Program-made: the position numbers and the translations under genes
DNA from: a virus
Strand: one strand, 5' to 3'
Virus record (IMG/VR): IMGVR_UViG_3300033821_000019
Span: 1 to 64,000 of that record
DNA length: 64,000 nt
The notes under the pieces: generated by a model
Database searches by the model: none
What the model saw: only the letters and a program-made list of their open reading frames with translations
Told to the model about the DNA's origin: nothing
Shown here: in pieces, positions 1-8,077 of the stretch
Position numbering within the stretch: the first letter of the stretch is position 1
Layout: each line of letters starts with the position of its first letter

Positions 1-1
1 G

Positions 2-307
2 AAAGACCGCTATACCTTTGCCTATATCATCGGTCAAGACAATGCCAACAGCTTCGATAAGTGGGTGAACTATGAATTCCTTGAACGAGCCATGCAATTT
101 GTAGTCATCCCGCGCAAAGGCATTCCGTTTGACCAGAACAGCACATGGTATCTTAAACCTCCTCACATCTTCATGGCTGGCGATACCAATATCATGGAAG
201 TTAGTTCTACTCAAGTGCGAGAAACCTTGAAGCGCAATGATTCAACGACAAATCAACTACTCAATCCTGCTGTATTGGCCTATATCAAAGAACATAACTT
301 ATATTAG
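2..307 (+). CDS. nadD: Nicotinate/nicotinamide mononucleotide adenylyltransferase, C-terminal part (5' truncated by window edge)
   Basis: Frame from nt 2 reads ...YIIGQDNANSFDKW...VSSTQVR...AVLAYIKEHNLY*, matching the NadD IIGxD..W, SSTxIR and YIxxxxLY motifs. Confidence 0.85.
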   Translation, partial: KDRYTFAYIIGQDNANSFDKWVNYEFLERAMQFVVIPRKGIPFDQNSTWYLKPPHIFMAGDTNIMEVSSTQVRETLKRNDSTTNQLLNPAVLAYIKEHNLY

Positions 308-684
308 CGGATATTGAATTCTGCTATGCCGTCTTCCAATTTCTTGAATTTGAACTTGGGGCTGAACGTCTCTTGCAGATATTTCGCCAGCCTTTGGGCG
401 TCTTCTTCGCTTCTCATAATTACATGCAGCTTGGAAGATGTGATAAAGTTTGAGCCTCTAAAAGCACCAAGCTTCATATCCAAATCCTTCACGTCAACCT
501 TTTTACTAATCAGGTCTTCCTTCAATGTCTTTTCTAGGCGCTTCAAAATCTTCTCAGCAGCGTCATGTTTCAAATCCTTCATTTTAATACGTAAATCGAA
601 AAATGCCTGTTCGAACAAAGTATTTGGCCTGTCTTTCGAGAGGATATCATTGGCTATTCGAACGATTACTTCTGAATAATTCAC
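304..684 (-). CDS. Hypothetical protein with a weak N-terminal tag-like helix
   Basis: 126-aa ORF starting MNYSEVIVRIANDILS; last gene of the minus-strand cluster. Confidence 0.7.
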   Translation of the reverse strand: MNYSEVIVRIANDILSKDRPNTLFEQAFFDLRIKMKDLKHDAAEKILKRLEKTLKEDLISKKVDVKDLDMKLGAFRGSNFITSSKLHVIMRSEEDAQRLAKYLQETFSPKFKFKKLEDGIAEFNIR

Positions 685-1050
685 TTTATGTCCTCATTGA
701 AGTTGCTATACATGATTATCTTAGCTTGTGCTCCCAATTCTTGCAACCGGTCAATGAGTTTCTTGATGTTTATAGATATGTCACGATTGTCACGCTCACG
801 CAAAGCTTCTCTATTCTCGAACATGAAATTGCCATACGCTTTAATCTTCTTGTCTAGGTGCGCTATGTATTTCTTTAGCTTGATTTGATTCCAACGCTCT
901 ATGTCGTGTGGCAATCTAGGTTCTACATTCAAGGGTGAGACTTCTTGTTTGTTCCCCAAGGAAGGGGGGGTTGAATAAATCTCCCCCTTCCTCAAACACA
1001 TTGAAGGTATAAGCTAGAACCAATCGTTCTTCAATGGCTTTCTTGTTCAT
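681..1050 (-). CDS. Hypothetical protein, probably frameshifted at a C7 run
   Basis: ATG at 1050 is coupled to the upstream TAG (TAGtATG) and gives 44 aa; removing one C from the run at 964-970 fuses it to the 681..1001 ORF (122 aa). Confidence 0.5.
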
Positions 1051-1051
1051 A

Positions 1052-1384
1052 CTAATCCCATTCAACAGTGATGCCTAGCTTCTTTGCATTAGCGTCTGCC
1101 TTGACTTCCCGCATCATTTTACGTGCCTGATTCCTGTTTTCAAAAGTAACAGGCATCGCAATCAAACCGGGCTGGCCTCTTAAAGCTGTAACACTAATAC
1201 TGCCCATGTAAAGGTCAAATTCATAATCGCCGCTAAAGGAGTTGACATAATCATCAAGTTTTCCTTTAGTCTTTTCAGGATTGCCTGTGTATGGGATGAA
1301 AAAATTTAACGTGCCTTCTTCATCCCATGCAGTTAGAATTTGTGCTACTCTCCGTAGCTCCTTAGCTAAAGCTATCTTATTCAC
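1052..1384 (-). CDS. Tagged putative head-cargo protein
   Basis: N-terminus MNKIALAKELRRVAQILTA; AGGAG RBS upstream. Confidence 0.75.
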   Translation of the reverse strand: MNKIALAKELRRVAQILTAWDEEGTLNFFIPYTGNPEKTKGKLDDYVNSFSGDYEFDLYMGSISVTALRGQPGLIAMPVTFENRNQARKMMREVKADANAKKLGITVEWD

Positions 1385-1412
1385 GGCTATTCTCCTTTTA
1401 ATTTCATTACAA

Positions 1413-1661
1413 TTACTTAGGTTCTACTTTCTTTTTGCACTTCAAGCAATACTTAGTATTTTCAAGAACTTTTGTTCCGCAATTAGGACAAGGAAACGTG
1501 CCAGCCGCAACCGCTGCTTGCTTGACTTTCTTCTTACACTTTAGACAATAGCCAGTATTCTCCAAAACCTTAGTGCCACAATCAGGGCATGGGAAAGTTT
1601 CAGCACTTACAAGCTCTTTGGCCAGCTTCAACAATTCCGCCGCAATCTTCTGTCTGTCCAT
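1413..1661 (-). CDS. Tagged double zinc-ribbon protein
   Basis: MDRQKIAAELLKLAKELVSA followed by two copies of TFPCP(D/N)CGTKVLENTxYCLKCKKKV. Confidence 0.8.
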   Translation of the reverse strand: MDRQKIAAELLKLAKELVSAETFPCPDCGTKVLENTGYCLKCKKKVKQAAVAAGTFPCPNCGTKVLENTKYCLKCKKKVEPK

Positions 1662-1712
1662 TGGGTTCTTCCTTTCTAAAATAGGCGCATCTATACGCCT
1701 TACCTGTTATGA

Positions 1713-2048
1713 TTATTCTTTTCCATCCACTTCCTTGGCACCTTCGTTAACAGAAGGCTTGTGCTCTGAGTCTAAAGTGGTCAACATCTTTTCCAATTCT
1801 CCGACGTGAACTTTTTCTTCCCTGCCAATATCAAGTAATACTTCTTTGAGCTTCTTATCGGTTACTACTTCTGCCAATCGCTCATACAAGTTGATAGCTT
1901 CATATTCAGCCATCGTCGCTACTCGTATTGCCCTCAGATTGACATTTTTGGATTCACCCTTGATTAGCTCGCCAAAGTTATCAGCGGCACCAGATGTGAG
2001 TCCTTTTGCTATCCTGAGTAGTTCTGAAGCAATTTTCTTATTATCCAT
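1713..2048 (-). CDS. Tagged ferritin-like protein (rubrerythrin / encapsulated-ferritin type)
   Basis: Start MDNKKIASELLRIAKGLTS; then RAIRVATMAEYEAINLYERLA...LLDIGREEKVHVGEL, a two-helix di-iron half-ferritin motif (E..E, EExH). Confidence 0.8.
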   Translation of the reverse strand: MDNKKIASELLRIAKGLTSGAADNFGELIKGESKNVNLRAIRVATMAEYEAINLYERLAEVVTDKKLKEVLLDIGREEKVHVGELEKMLTTLDSEHKPSVNEGAKEVDGKE

Positions 2049-2061
2049 AGTCTTCATGTCC

Positions 2062-2610
2062 TTATCTGCCTTCATCTTCCTGCACAATTTCAAAATCTAG
2101 CCCAAGAGAAAAAGTTGCTTTCCGTTCATTGATGTCTACTTTCAACCAACTCAAAGTCAAGTTCTTTTCCAACGCGCCAGAAGAACTATATTCCTTCCCG
2201 ATTAGGTCGTTCCAAATAACATCTGAGTCATCATTGTTCAACATATCTTTGGCACGTTCAATAATGTCTTGTTTAATTCTGACCCAATCGTATTTCTCAG
2301 CCGTTCTCTTAAATTGATTCAGATACTTCTTCAAACCGTCTCTGTCTTCACCAAATTGTTCCGTAGCGATAGCAGCCAAAAATTCCATAGTAGAACAGCT
2401 TACGTCAAATCTCAATGTGCCATAATAGGCCGTTCCATAATGTTCTGAATCTAGTTCCATACCTCTTGGCGCATCTCTATCAACACCTTCTTTACCTTCA
2501 TTGACAAATCTTGGATGTCCTTTTCTTATCAAAAACGACAAGAAATACTCAGGCTGCATCGCTATCATGTCGGCAACTATCTTCATCAATTCAATGGCTA
2601 TCTTTTTCAT
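2062..2610 (-). CDS. Tagged hypothetical protein
   Basis: N-terminus MKKIAIELMKIVADMIA. Confidence 0.75.
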   Translation of the reverse strand: MKKIAIELMKIVADMIAMQPEYFLSFLIRKGHPRFVNEGKEGVDRDAPRGMELDSEHYGTAYYGTLRFDVSCSTMEFLAAIATEQFGEDRDGLKKYLNQFKRTAEKYDWVRIKQDIIERAKDMLNNDDSDVIWNDLIGKEYSSSGALEKNLTLSWLKVDINERKATFSLGLDFEIVQEDEGR

Positions 2611-2622
2611 TTTACAACCACC

Positions 2623-2997
2623 CTATATTACACCAATAGCCAATAACCAACTAGGCGCACCATCAACGCCCCAACCATCAGGCTCCACTCTTTGGCCCGT
2701 AACACTCTTAGCCACTCCATCGCTGCTCCATTTTTCAAGTGTGTTCATGCTCGGTGTTTTGTGAAATCCGCTAATATACTTATACAATGAACTAGTATGT
2801 ATCTTGATTGGCTGGACTTCATCATCGTCTATCGTAACAATAGCTACACTGGCGTCTTTGTTTTTCCATTCGACTTTACAGTGCATACCAACAGGAATAA
2901 CCGTTCCAGACCGTAGTTTAAGCTCTTTAACAATCTTATGGTCGGCTGCGATTACTTCTCTGGCGAGTTTAATCAATCTCAAAGCTATTTTGTTCAT
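2623..2997 (-). CDS. Tagged hypothetical protein
   Basis: N-terminus MNKIALRLIKLAREVIA; C-terminal VEPDG...SWLLAIGVI. Confidence 0.75.
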   Translation of the reverse strand: MNKIALRLIKLAREVIAADHKIVKELKLRSGTVIPVGMHCKVEWKNKDASVAIVTIDDDEVQPIKIHTSSLYKYISGFHKTPSMNTLEKWSSDGVAKSVTGQRVEPDGWGVDGAPSWLLAIGVI

Positions 2998-3041
2998 TAT
3001 AATCTCCTGCCAAAATAAGGTACTGTCTAATGGTAGGAGAG

Positions 3042-3055
3042 TATAAAATAATTGT
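3042..3055 (-). promoter_or_regulatory. Putative late promoter motif (ACAATTATTTTATA)
   Basis: Intergenic copy of the recurring 14-bp motif, upstream of tagged gene 2997. Confidence 0.5.
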
Positions 3056-3095
3056 TACAATTCAACCTATTCCTTTGAATCTAACAATCAAAAGA

Positions 3096-3809
3096 CTACT
3101 TTTTTGTATCATAAAGGCCGGGTAAGTTTTCAGGCTTTTTCCAAACGAAAGTTTCAAGGCTATTCATGTCACAGAGAGGTATGTCATTTCTCAAAACACT
3201 CTTTATCGGATGCCACACTCGTTTCTCTTTGTTCACCACACCAGCATCAAATTCCGGCTTACAATACCACCAAAATGTCTCATACGCGAAAGGATGCTGC
3301 TTGGCCTTAAATCCGTTCATCTTGCTTGCCGTAGCTGTTCTCATTTCAGAAATCACAGGCCAAAATTCTTGAGTGAATGTCTTAGACAACATCGCCATGA
3401 CTTCATCTTTCATCAACAATCCACATGATGGTGCTATACCACAAGCATAAGGTTGCGCTTTTACTGGCAACTGATAAACTGTCCTCATCCACGACCAATC
3501 GTTCCCCGGTAAAGATGACCCCGATATGTCTTCATCCCAAACCGGCCTGCAAAATTCTTCTACAAGCATACCAAAAAACACATCCCAATCCAAATAGAGC
3601 CAACGTTTACATTCTACCTTTCTTTGCTGATACCAATAATACATAGGGATATCGCAATGGAACCATGCGTCACCAGAACAATCTGTACTGCGAATGACAA
3701 TGAGTGGATAGTTGTTGGTGTTGCATTGAATGACAGAAGAAAGATTCTGCCGTACTACATTTATATCGGCAGTGTCATGGTATTGATAAATGATGCCCAA
3801 ATCATTCAT
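3096..3809 (-). CDS. Glycosyltransferase-like protein (paralog 1)
   Basis: RWLYLDWDV (DxD-like) and late HPIK motif; clearly paralogous to 3802..4506; start MNDLGIIYQY chosen by alignment to the paralog. Confidence 0.55.
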   Translation of the reverse strand: MNDLGIIYQYHDTADINVVRQNLSSVIQCNTNNYPLIVIRSTDCSGDAWFHCDIPMYYWYQQRKVECKRWLYLDWDVFFGMLVEEFCRPVWDEDISGSSLPGNDWSWMRTVYQLPVKAQPYACGIAPSCGLLMKDEVMAMLSKTFTQEFWPVISEMRTATASKMNGFKAKQHPFAYETFWWYCKPEFDAGVVNKEKRVWHPIKSVLRNDIPLCDMNSLETFVWKKPENLPGLYDTKK

Positions 3810-4506
3810 AAAATCCAATTTCCTTATCTGGCCATACAAAAACGTCTAAACTGTTGATATCACGTTTTGGGATATCGTCATTAACAAGAGTCTTTATAGG
3901 ATGCCAAATACCACTTCTATGATATCGAGCCGCAATATTTGTTTCATCGGAGACATACCACTTAATAGTATACTTTGAATACGGGTGTTCTTTAATAATA
4001 AAACCATTCATTTTTGCTGCTGTTCCCACTCTCAATTCAGAGATGACTGGCCATGGTTCGTTAATAATTGTTTTTGATAAAACGTTCATTGCTTTGTCAG
4101 ACATCATGACAGCACACATAGGCCACACCCCACAAGCATTTTCACGTATTGCTTGCGTAGGTAAGTTTCCAATTTCACAGAACCAATGCCATCCATTATT
4201 TGGCAATGCAATGTTTGGAGCAGATATATCATCACTCCATACCGGCTTGAAAAAATCTTCTATAGACTGACAACAATAAGCATCCCATTCCAAATAAAGC
4301 CAGCGAGCACATTCCACTTTCCTTTGTTGATACCAATGAAACATCCCCAAATCGCCATTACGCCAAGCAGATTGGCCCTCAGTACGCTTTAATGGAATTA
4401 TGGGATATTTACCGTTACTGTAATGGATAAGAGAAGATAGATTTTGTGTAACTACGTCAGCAGGGGCACCGTCATAGTATTGAAAGATAATGCCTAAATC
4501 CGGCAT
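3802..4506 (-). CDS. Glycosyltransferase-like protein (paralog 2)
   Basis: RWLYLEWDA, WPVISELR, WHPIK motifs shared with paralog 1. Confidence 0.55.
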   Translation of the reverse strand: MPDLGIIFQYYDGAPADVVTQNLSSLIHYSNGKYPIIPLKRTEGQSAWRNGDLGMFHWYQQRKVECARWLYLEWDAYCCQSIEDFFKPVWSDDISAPNIALPNNGWHWFCEIGNLPTQAIRENACGVWPMCAVMMSDKAMNVLSKTIINEPWPVISELRVGTAAKMNGFIIKEHPYSKYTIKWYVSDETNIAARYHRSGIWHPIKTLVNDDIPKRDINSLDVFVWPDKEIGFYE

Positions 4507-4512
4507 ATAGTC

Positions 4513-5145
4513 CTAGACTTTGTTTCTGATGAAATCTATGGCTTCTCTAAAAGACCATTCCGAATCAAACAAATGCCGTAGTTGGTCTTCACCAAAAGAT
4601 TCCAATTGTTCCTTGTTAAAAGCCTTTTCTACTGTGCGTTTCCAACGTTGATATTCTCTTTCTGCTTGATGTTCATGTTGTGGATTGTTACCTTGCTCCA
4701 ATTCATTCCACCGCTGTTTTTCAACATCGCGCAGCTTTTCTCCGTAGCCTTCGTCTCGCCAAGCTTTTTTGGTTTTCTCCTTCGCTTCTGTTCCTTTTTC
4801 TCCGTACATTGTTTCTGGAAGTTTATGAGGTATCTTCTTCTCGCTCAGTTTTGCCAACCCACCATTATACTCTTTGCTGTATGTCTCTTTTGAACATTCT
4901 GTAAATAGCTCACCAAGAGCAGCTAAAGCTTCACCATGTGTTATGATTTCAAGTTCGTTGATAGCATTTCCAAAAGAGCTTGAATACACAACAATAGTAG
5001 GACCGAAACCCTTGTCAACTACTTTGAATGTCACGCCGCTATTACTAATATGAAGATAAACACTTCCGATTTCTTTACCTTCATCTTTAGCAGTCAATAA
5101 TTGTGCTACTTTCATTAGTTCGGAAGCTACTTTCTTGTTGTTCAT
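4513..5145 (-). CDS. Tagged hypothetical protein
   Basis: Likely start MNNKKVASELMKVAQLLTA, with AAGGA upstream. Confidence 0.75.
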   Translation of the reverse strand: MNNKKVASELMKVAQLLTAKDEGKEIGSVYLHISNSGVTFKVVDKGFGPTIVVYSSSFGNAINELEIITHGEALAALGELFTECSKETYSKEYNGGLAKLSEKKIPHKLPETMYGEKGTEAKEKTKKAWRDEGYGEKLRDVEKQRWNELEQGNNPQHEHQAEREYQRWKRTVEKAFNKEQLESFGEDQLRHLFDSEWSFREAIDFIRNKV

Positions 5146-5155
5146 GGTGTATCCT

Positions 5156-5692
5156 TTAGTGGTATTTCTTCTTGATTTCTGAGATTTTATTTTGTATCTC
5201 ATCTAAATCACTACCTTCTATTTCTATATCAGATAGCATATCCTTCAATTCTGTCAATTCCTTCTCTGTTGAAGCAATATCAAGTCTTATCGAATTCAAC
5301 AAATCACTTTTCCTCTTTCCTTCTGCTTCGGCAGTTTGTTCTGGATGTGCTTTGATATGCTCATTCCAAGCTTTAGTAATTTCATCTATGATAATCCTTC
5401 TGAAACTTGGTGGCGCATCATCAAAATTGCGGGTGATATAAGGACGGTCAGCATTTCTAACCTGCCAAACACCACCAATCTCAAAAAGATGAAGACTGAC
5501 ATTGAATTCATCATTCCGTAACTTCAATTTTGAAATATTAGGAGTGCTCAAATGTACATGGTTTTTATTAGTAATGGCAAACTCAATGACGCCTTGGACT
5601 CTGCCATTGAAATGCAATAAACCACGTACATGGTCTGCACAAAAGCTCTTGGCTATCTTGGTAATTATCGAATCAAGACTCATTGGTATCAT
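5156..5692 (-). CDS. Hypothetical protein with degenerate tag
   Basis: (M)SLDSIITKIAKSFCA; C-terminal coiled coil. Confidence 0.7.
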   Translation of the reverse strand: MIPMSLDSIITKIAKSFCADHVRGLLHFNGRVQGVIEFAITNKNHVHLSTPNISKLKLRNDEFNVSLHLFEIGGVWQVRNADRPYITRNFDDAPPSFRRIIIDEITKAWNEHIKAHPEQTAEAEGKRKSDLLNSIRLDIASTEKELTELKDMLSDIEIEGSDLDEIQNKISEIKKKYH

Positions 5693-5698
5693 CCTTCC

Positions 5699-6262
5699 CT
5701 ACTTTTCCATAAGGTTGTCGGCGTCCATACTGCTGATTAGAACTTCGCCTTGGTGTGTGAATGTCTTGCCGTTGTCTGTTAAGCGAATCGGATGAAGTAG
5801 TTTGGCTTCATACCAACTGCCGCGCTTCCTAAGTACCTTCACTAAATTGCCTTCTAGTAAATTAACAGCAGTAGAAGTTTCACCACTATGAGGAGAAACG
5901 GCTTCATGACCTTCTACCCAATAAGCTGAAAACTCCGTTACTACTTGATAGGTCTTGCCAATATCAAACATACCTTCTGCTGCAAAGAAATTTTTGGGAG
6001 CAATTTTTCTTAAATATCTTGCAACCACATCACCTGCTTTTGAACCTACATCATTGATAACGATTTTATCGCCTTCCCAATGTGCAAGTTTATTGCCGCC
6101 CATCCAACTGCCGTCCAGCGTCTTGCCGTCAGTAGAAAGCTTCTTGCCTGTAAGAGCTTTTTTGTCTGTGAAAGCATCAATAACCTTTTTGTCTTTATCC
6201 GACAAAATAAGGTCAGCAAGAAAATCTCTGGCTACTTTGATTACTATTTTAGAAGTGTCCAC
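5699..6262 (-). CDS. Hypothetical protein with degenerate tag
   Basis: MDTSKIVIKVARDFLA. Confidence 0.7.
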   Translation of the reverse strand: MDTSKIVIKVARDFLADLILSDKDKKVIDAFTDKKALTGKKLSTDGKTLDGSWMGGNKLAHWEGDKIVINDVGSKAGDVVARYLRKIAPKNFFAAEGMFDIGKTYQVVTEFSAYWVEGHEAVSPHSGETSTAVNLLEGNLVKVLRKRGSWYEAKLLHPIRLTDNGKTFTHQGEVLISSMDADNLMEK

Positions 6263-6265
6263 GAT

Positions 6266-6511
6266 TTATTCCCCTAAAAATGAATTCAAATCTTCAAGAG
6301 ACGATTGTACGCGCTCTAATGAACCTACATAACCCCAATCCTTCTCGTCCTTCTTAAAAGCTTCTGCATCTCTCTTTAACTTGATTCGCAGTTTTTCTAC
6401 CAATTTATTTACCTCTTTTGTCAATTTATCGTGCTTGGATTTTGCCGTTTCTTCAGCACATAACGACTTCGCAAGCTTCAACAATTCTGCGGCTACCTTT
6501 TTGTCGTCCAT
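6266..6511 (-). CDS. Tagged small coiled-coil protein
   Basis: MDDKKVAAELLKLAKSLCA; GGAGAG RBS. Confidence 0.75.
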   Translation of the reverse strand: MDDKKVAAELLKLAKSLCAEETAKSKHDKLTKEVNKLVEKLRIKLKRDAEAFKKDEKDWGYVGSLERVQSSLEDLNSFLGE

Positions 6512-6535
6512 GGTTTTACTCTCCCAATACAAGCT

Positions 6536-6910
6536 TTACATTTTTTTGATAAATAAATTTTTCATAGCTTGATGCACTTGCGATATTTTCTGTTCGGCTA
6601 ATGGTAAAGTTATTGTAGATTGAATAACCACATCATGATATTTATCGTCCGCAATCAATCTCGGCGAATTCAAATTGATAGTTCTAAATCCTTCTCCGTT
6701 CAATGCAGTTTTTGTACCCTTCAAATCCTTCCAAAACTGCCCAAAAGCAGTTACGGTTTCTCCCTCATACAAAAATCCTTTTTCAAACGTCATAATGCAA
6801 TTAATAGTTACCATGTCTTTTGATACGGTATATGTCTTTTGGCCTATACCACCAGCTACAAGACTCTTAGCCATCTTCAACAATTCTGCGGCTACTTTTT
6901 TGTTGTCCAT
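6536..6910 (-). CDS. Tagged hypothetical protein
   Basis: MDNKKVAAELLKMAKSLVA. Confidence 0.75.
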   Translation of the reverse strand: MDNKKVAAELLKMAKSLVAGGIGQKTYTVSKDMVTINCIMTFEKGFLYEGETVTAFGQFWKDLKGTKTALNGEGFRTINLNSPRLIADDKYHDVVIQSTITLPLAEQKISQVHQAMKNLFIKKM

Positions 6911-6912
6911 GG

Positions 6913-7227
6913 CTATTCCTTGCCTGAATATTCAAGCTGGTCCTTAACAGAATCTTTCCATTCTTTGCTGTCAACATCTTCTATCCATCCAATAAGAGTT
7001 TCAACCGCCCCTTCATTATCGCTGAAAAATGCTTCAAGATTAAGATAGCCAATAGCTTTAACTACACGTTCTAATGCCTTCATATTATTTCGATTCAATT
7101 TTTCTTGGCCTCTAAGCTCTTCAACAAGCTCGCCCAAATCAGCACTATCCATGTCTTCTTTGTCCATTTTTGAAACTAATGACTTAGCAAGCTTCACTAA
7201 TTCACCAGCTACTTTTTTGTTGTCCAT
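6913..7227 (-). CDS. Tagged hypothetical protein
   Basis: MDNKKVAGELVKLAKSLVS. Confidence 0.75.
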   Translation of the reverse strand: MDNKKVAGELVKLAKSLVSKMDKEDMDSADLGELVEELRGQEKLNRNNMKALERVVKAIGYLNLEAFFSDNEGAVETLIGWIEDVDSKEWKDSVKDQLEYSGKE

Positions 7228-7259
7228 GGCTTTAATCCCCCTATTCATATATGGCGTTC

Positions 7260-7273
7260 TATCAAAGAATTAT
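7260..7273 (-). promoter_or_regulatory. Putative late promoter motif (ATAATTCTTTGATA)
   Basis: Intergenic copy of the 14-bp motif. Confidence 0.55.
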
Positions 7274-7275
7274 AG

Positions 7276-7683
7276 TTACCAATTAGTTTTGTCCACATCC
7301 TTTACTTCACTCAAATGTTTGTTAATCTTCGTTATAGCATCTTCTACACTCTTCACTCTCGTCTTCCTAAATTTATGTGACCTTAATCCACCACTAAAAA
7401 CCTCAAGCATTCCCTCATTGTAAAAAGACATAGTAAAATACCTTGAATTTTCGTAAATGCCGTTGGACCAATTCGCTTTGTCATCCAAAGATAGCTTTAT
7501 GTAAATTGAAACACGCTCATCACCACCAAGAGTGCTTTTTGATACAAACACATGCGGAGCCTTGATGCCACTTTTTAATTTTGTCATAGCATCTTCAACA
7601 CTATTTATGTCAAATACTTTTCCTTCTGCTATTAAGCACTTGGCAATTTTCAAAAGCTCTGACGCTACTTTTTTATTATCCAC
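7276..7683 (-). CDS. Tagged hypothetical protein
   Basis: MDNKKVASELLKIAKCLIA (GTG start, AAGGAG RBS). Confidence 0.75.
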   Translation of the reverse strand: MDNKKVASELLKIAKCLIAEGKVFDINSVEDAMTKLKSGIKAPHVFVSKSTLGGDERVSIYIKLSLDDKANWSNGIYENSRYFTMSFYNEGMLEVFSGGLRSHKFRKTRVKSVEDAITKINKHLSEVKDVDKTNW

Positions 7684-7734
7684 GATTTTGGCTCCTTATT
7701 TAGTATAATAGTCCTTTTGCTATCAATAGTCAGC

Positions 7735-7748
7735 TATCTAAAAAATAT
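7735..7748 (-). promoter_or_regulatory. Putative late promoter motif (ATATTTTTTAGATA)
   Basis: Variant copy upstream of gene 7683. Confidence 0.45.
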
Positions 7749-7987
7749 CATACTACTGTTTCTATATCCTTAACACTGTAAATCGCAACCCTTGAATGAA
7801 TTTCAACAGGCTTCAAAGGATTCATCATTCTGCGCATGGTGTCCACAGGTATATTGTATTTAACTGCCGCCATACTCACCGTCAACTCTCCTTCACCACA
7901 AATGTCCTGAAGCTTGCTCAATACACTCTTGCGCTCAATTCCCCACTTTTTCCTATAATAAGCCACGCCTTCACCTTTAATCCACAT
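7748..7987 (-). CDS. Small HTH-like protein
   Basis: LTVSMAAVKYNIPVDTMRRM resembles a helix-turn-helix. Confidence 0.45.
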   Translation of the reverse strand: MWIKGEGVAYYRKKWGIERKSVLSKLQDICGEGELTVSMAAVKYNIPVDTMRRMMNPLKPVEIHSRVAIYSVKDIETVV

Positions 7988-8008
7988 ACATGCAAGGCGT
8001 ATGGTTAA

Positions 8009-8040
8009 ACAAAAGCCCCTTAGATTTCTCTAAGGGGCTT
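8009..8040 (-). terminator. Intrinsic terminator after the major capsid gene
   Basis: AAGCCCCTTAGA-gaaa-TCTAAGGGGCTT hairpin running into a T-tract on the minus strand. Confidence 0.85.
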
Positions 8041-8077
8041 CTTACTACAAAGTCTTACTGATATTAGCTTTGAGCCA

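Noticed and set aside
1052-7683. N-terminal tag as a Sec signal peptide or plain gene paralogy
   Set aside because: The tag is charged and amphipathic with no hydrophobic core, and the downstream domains are unrelated.
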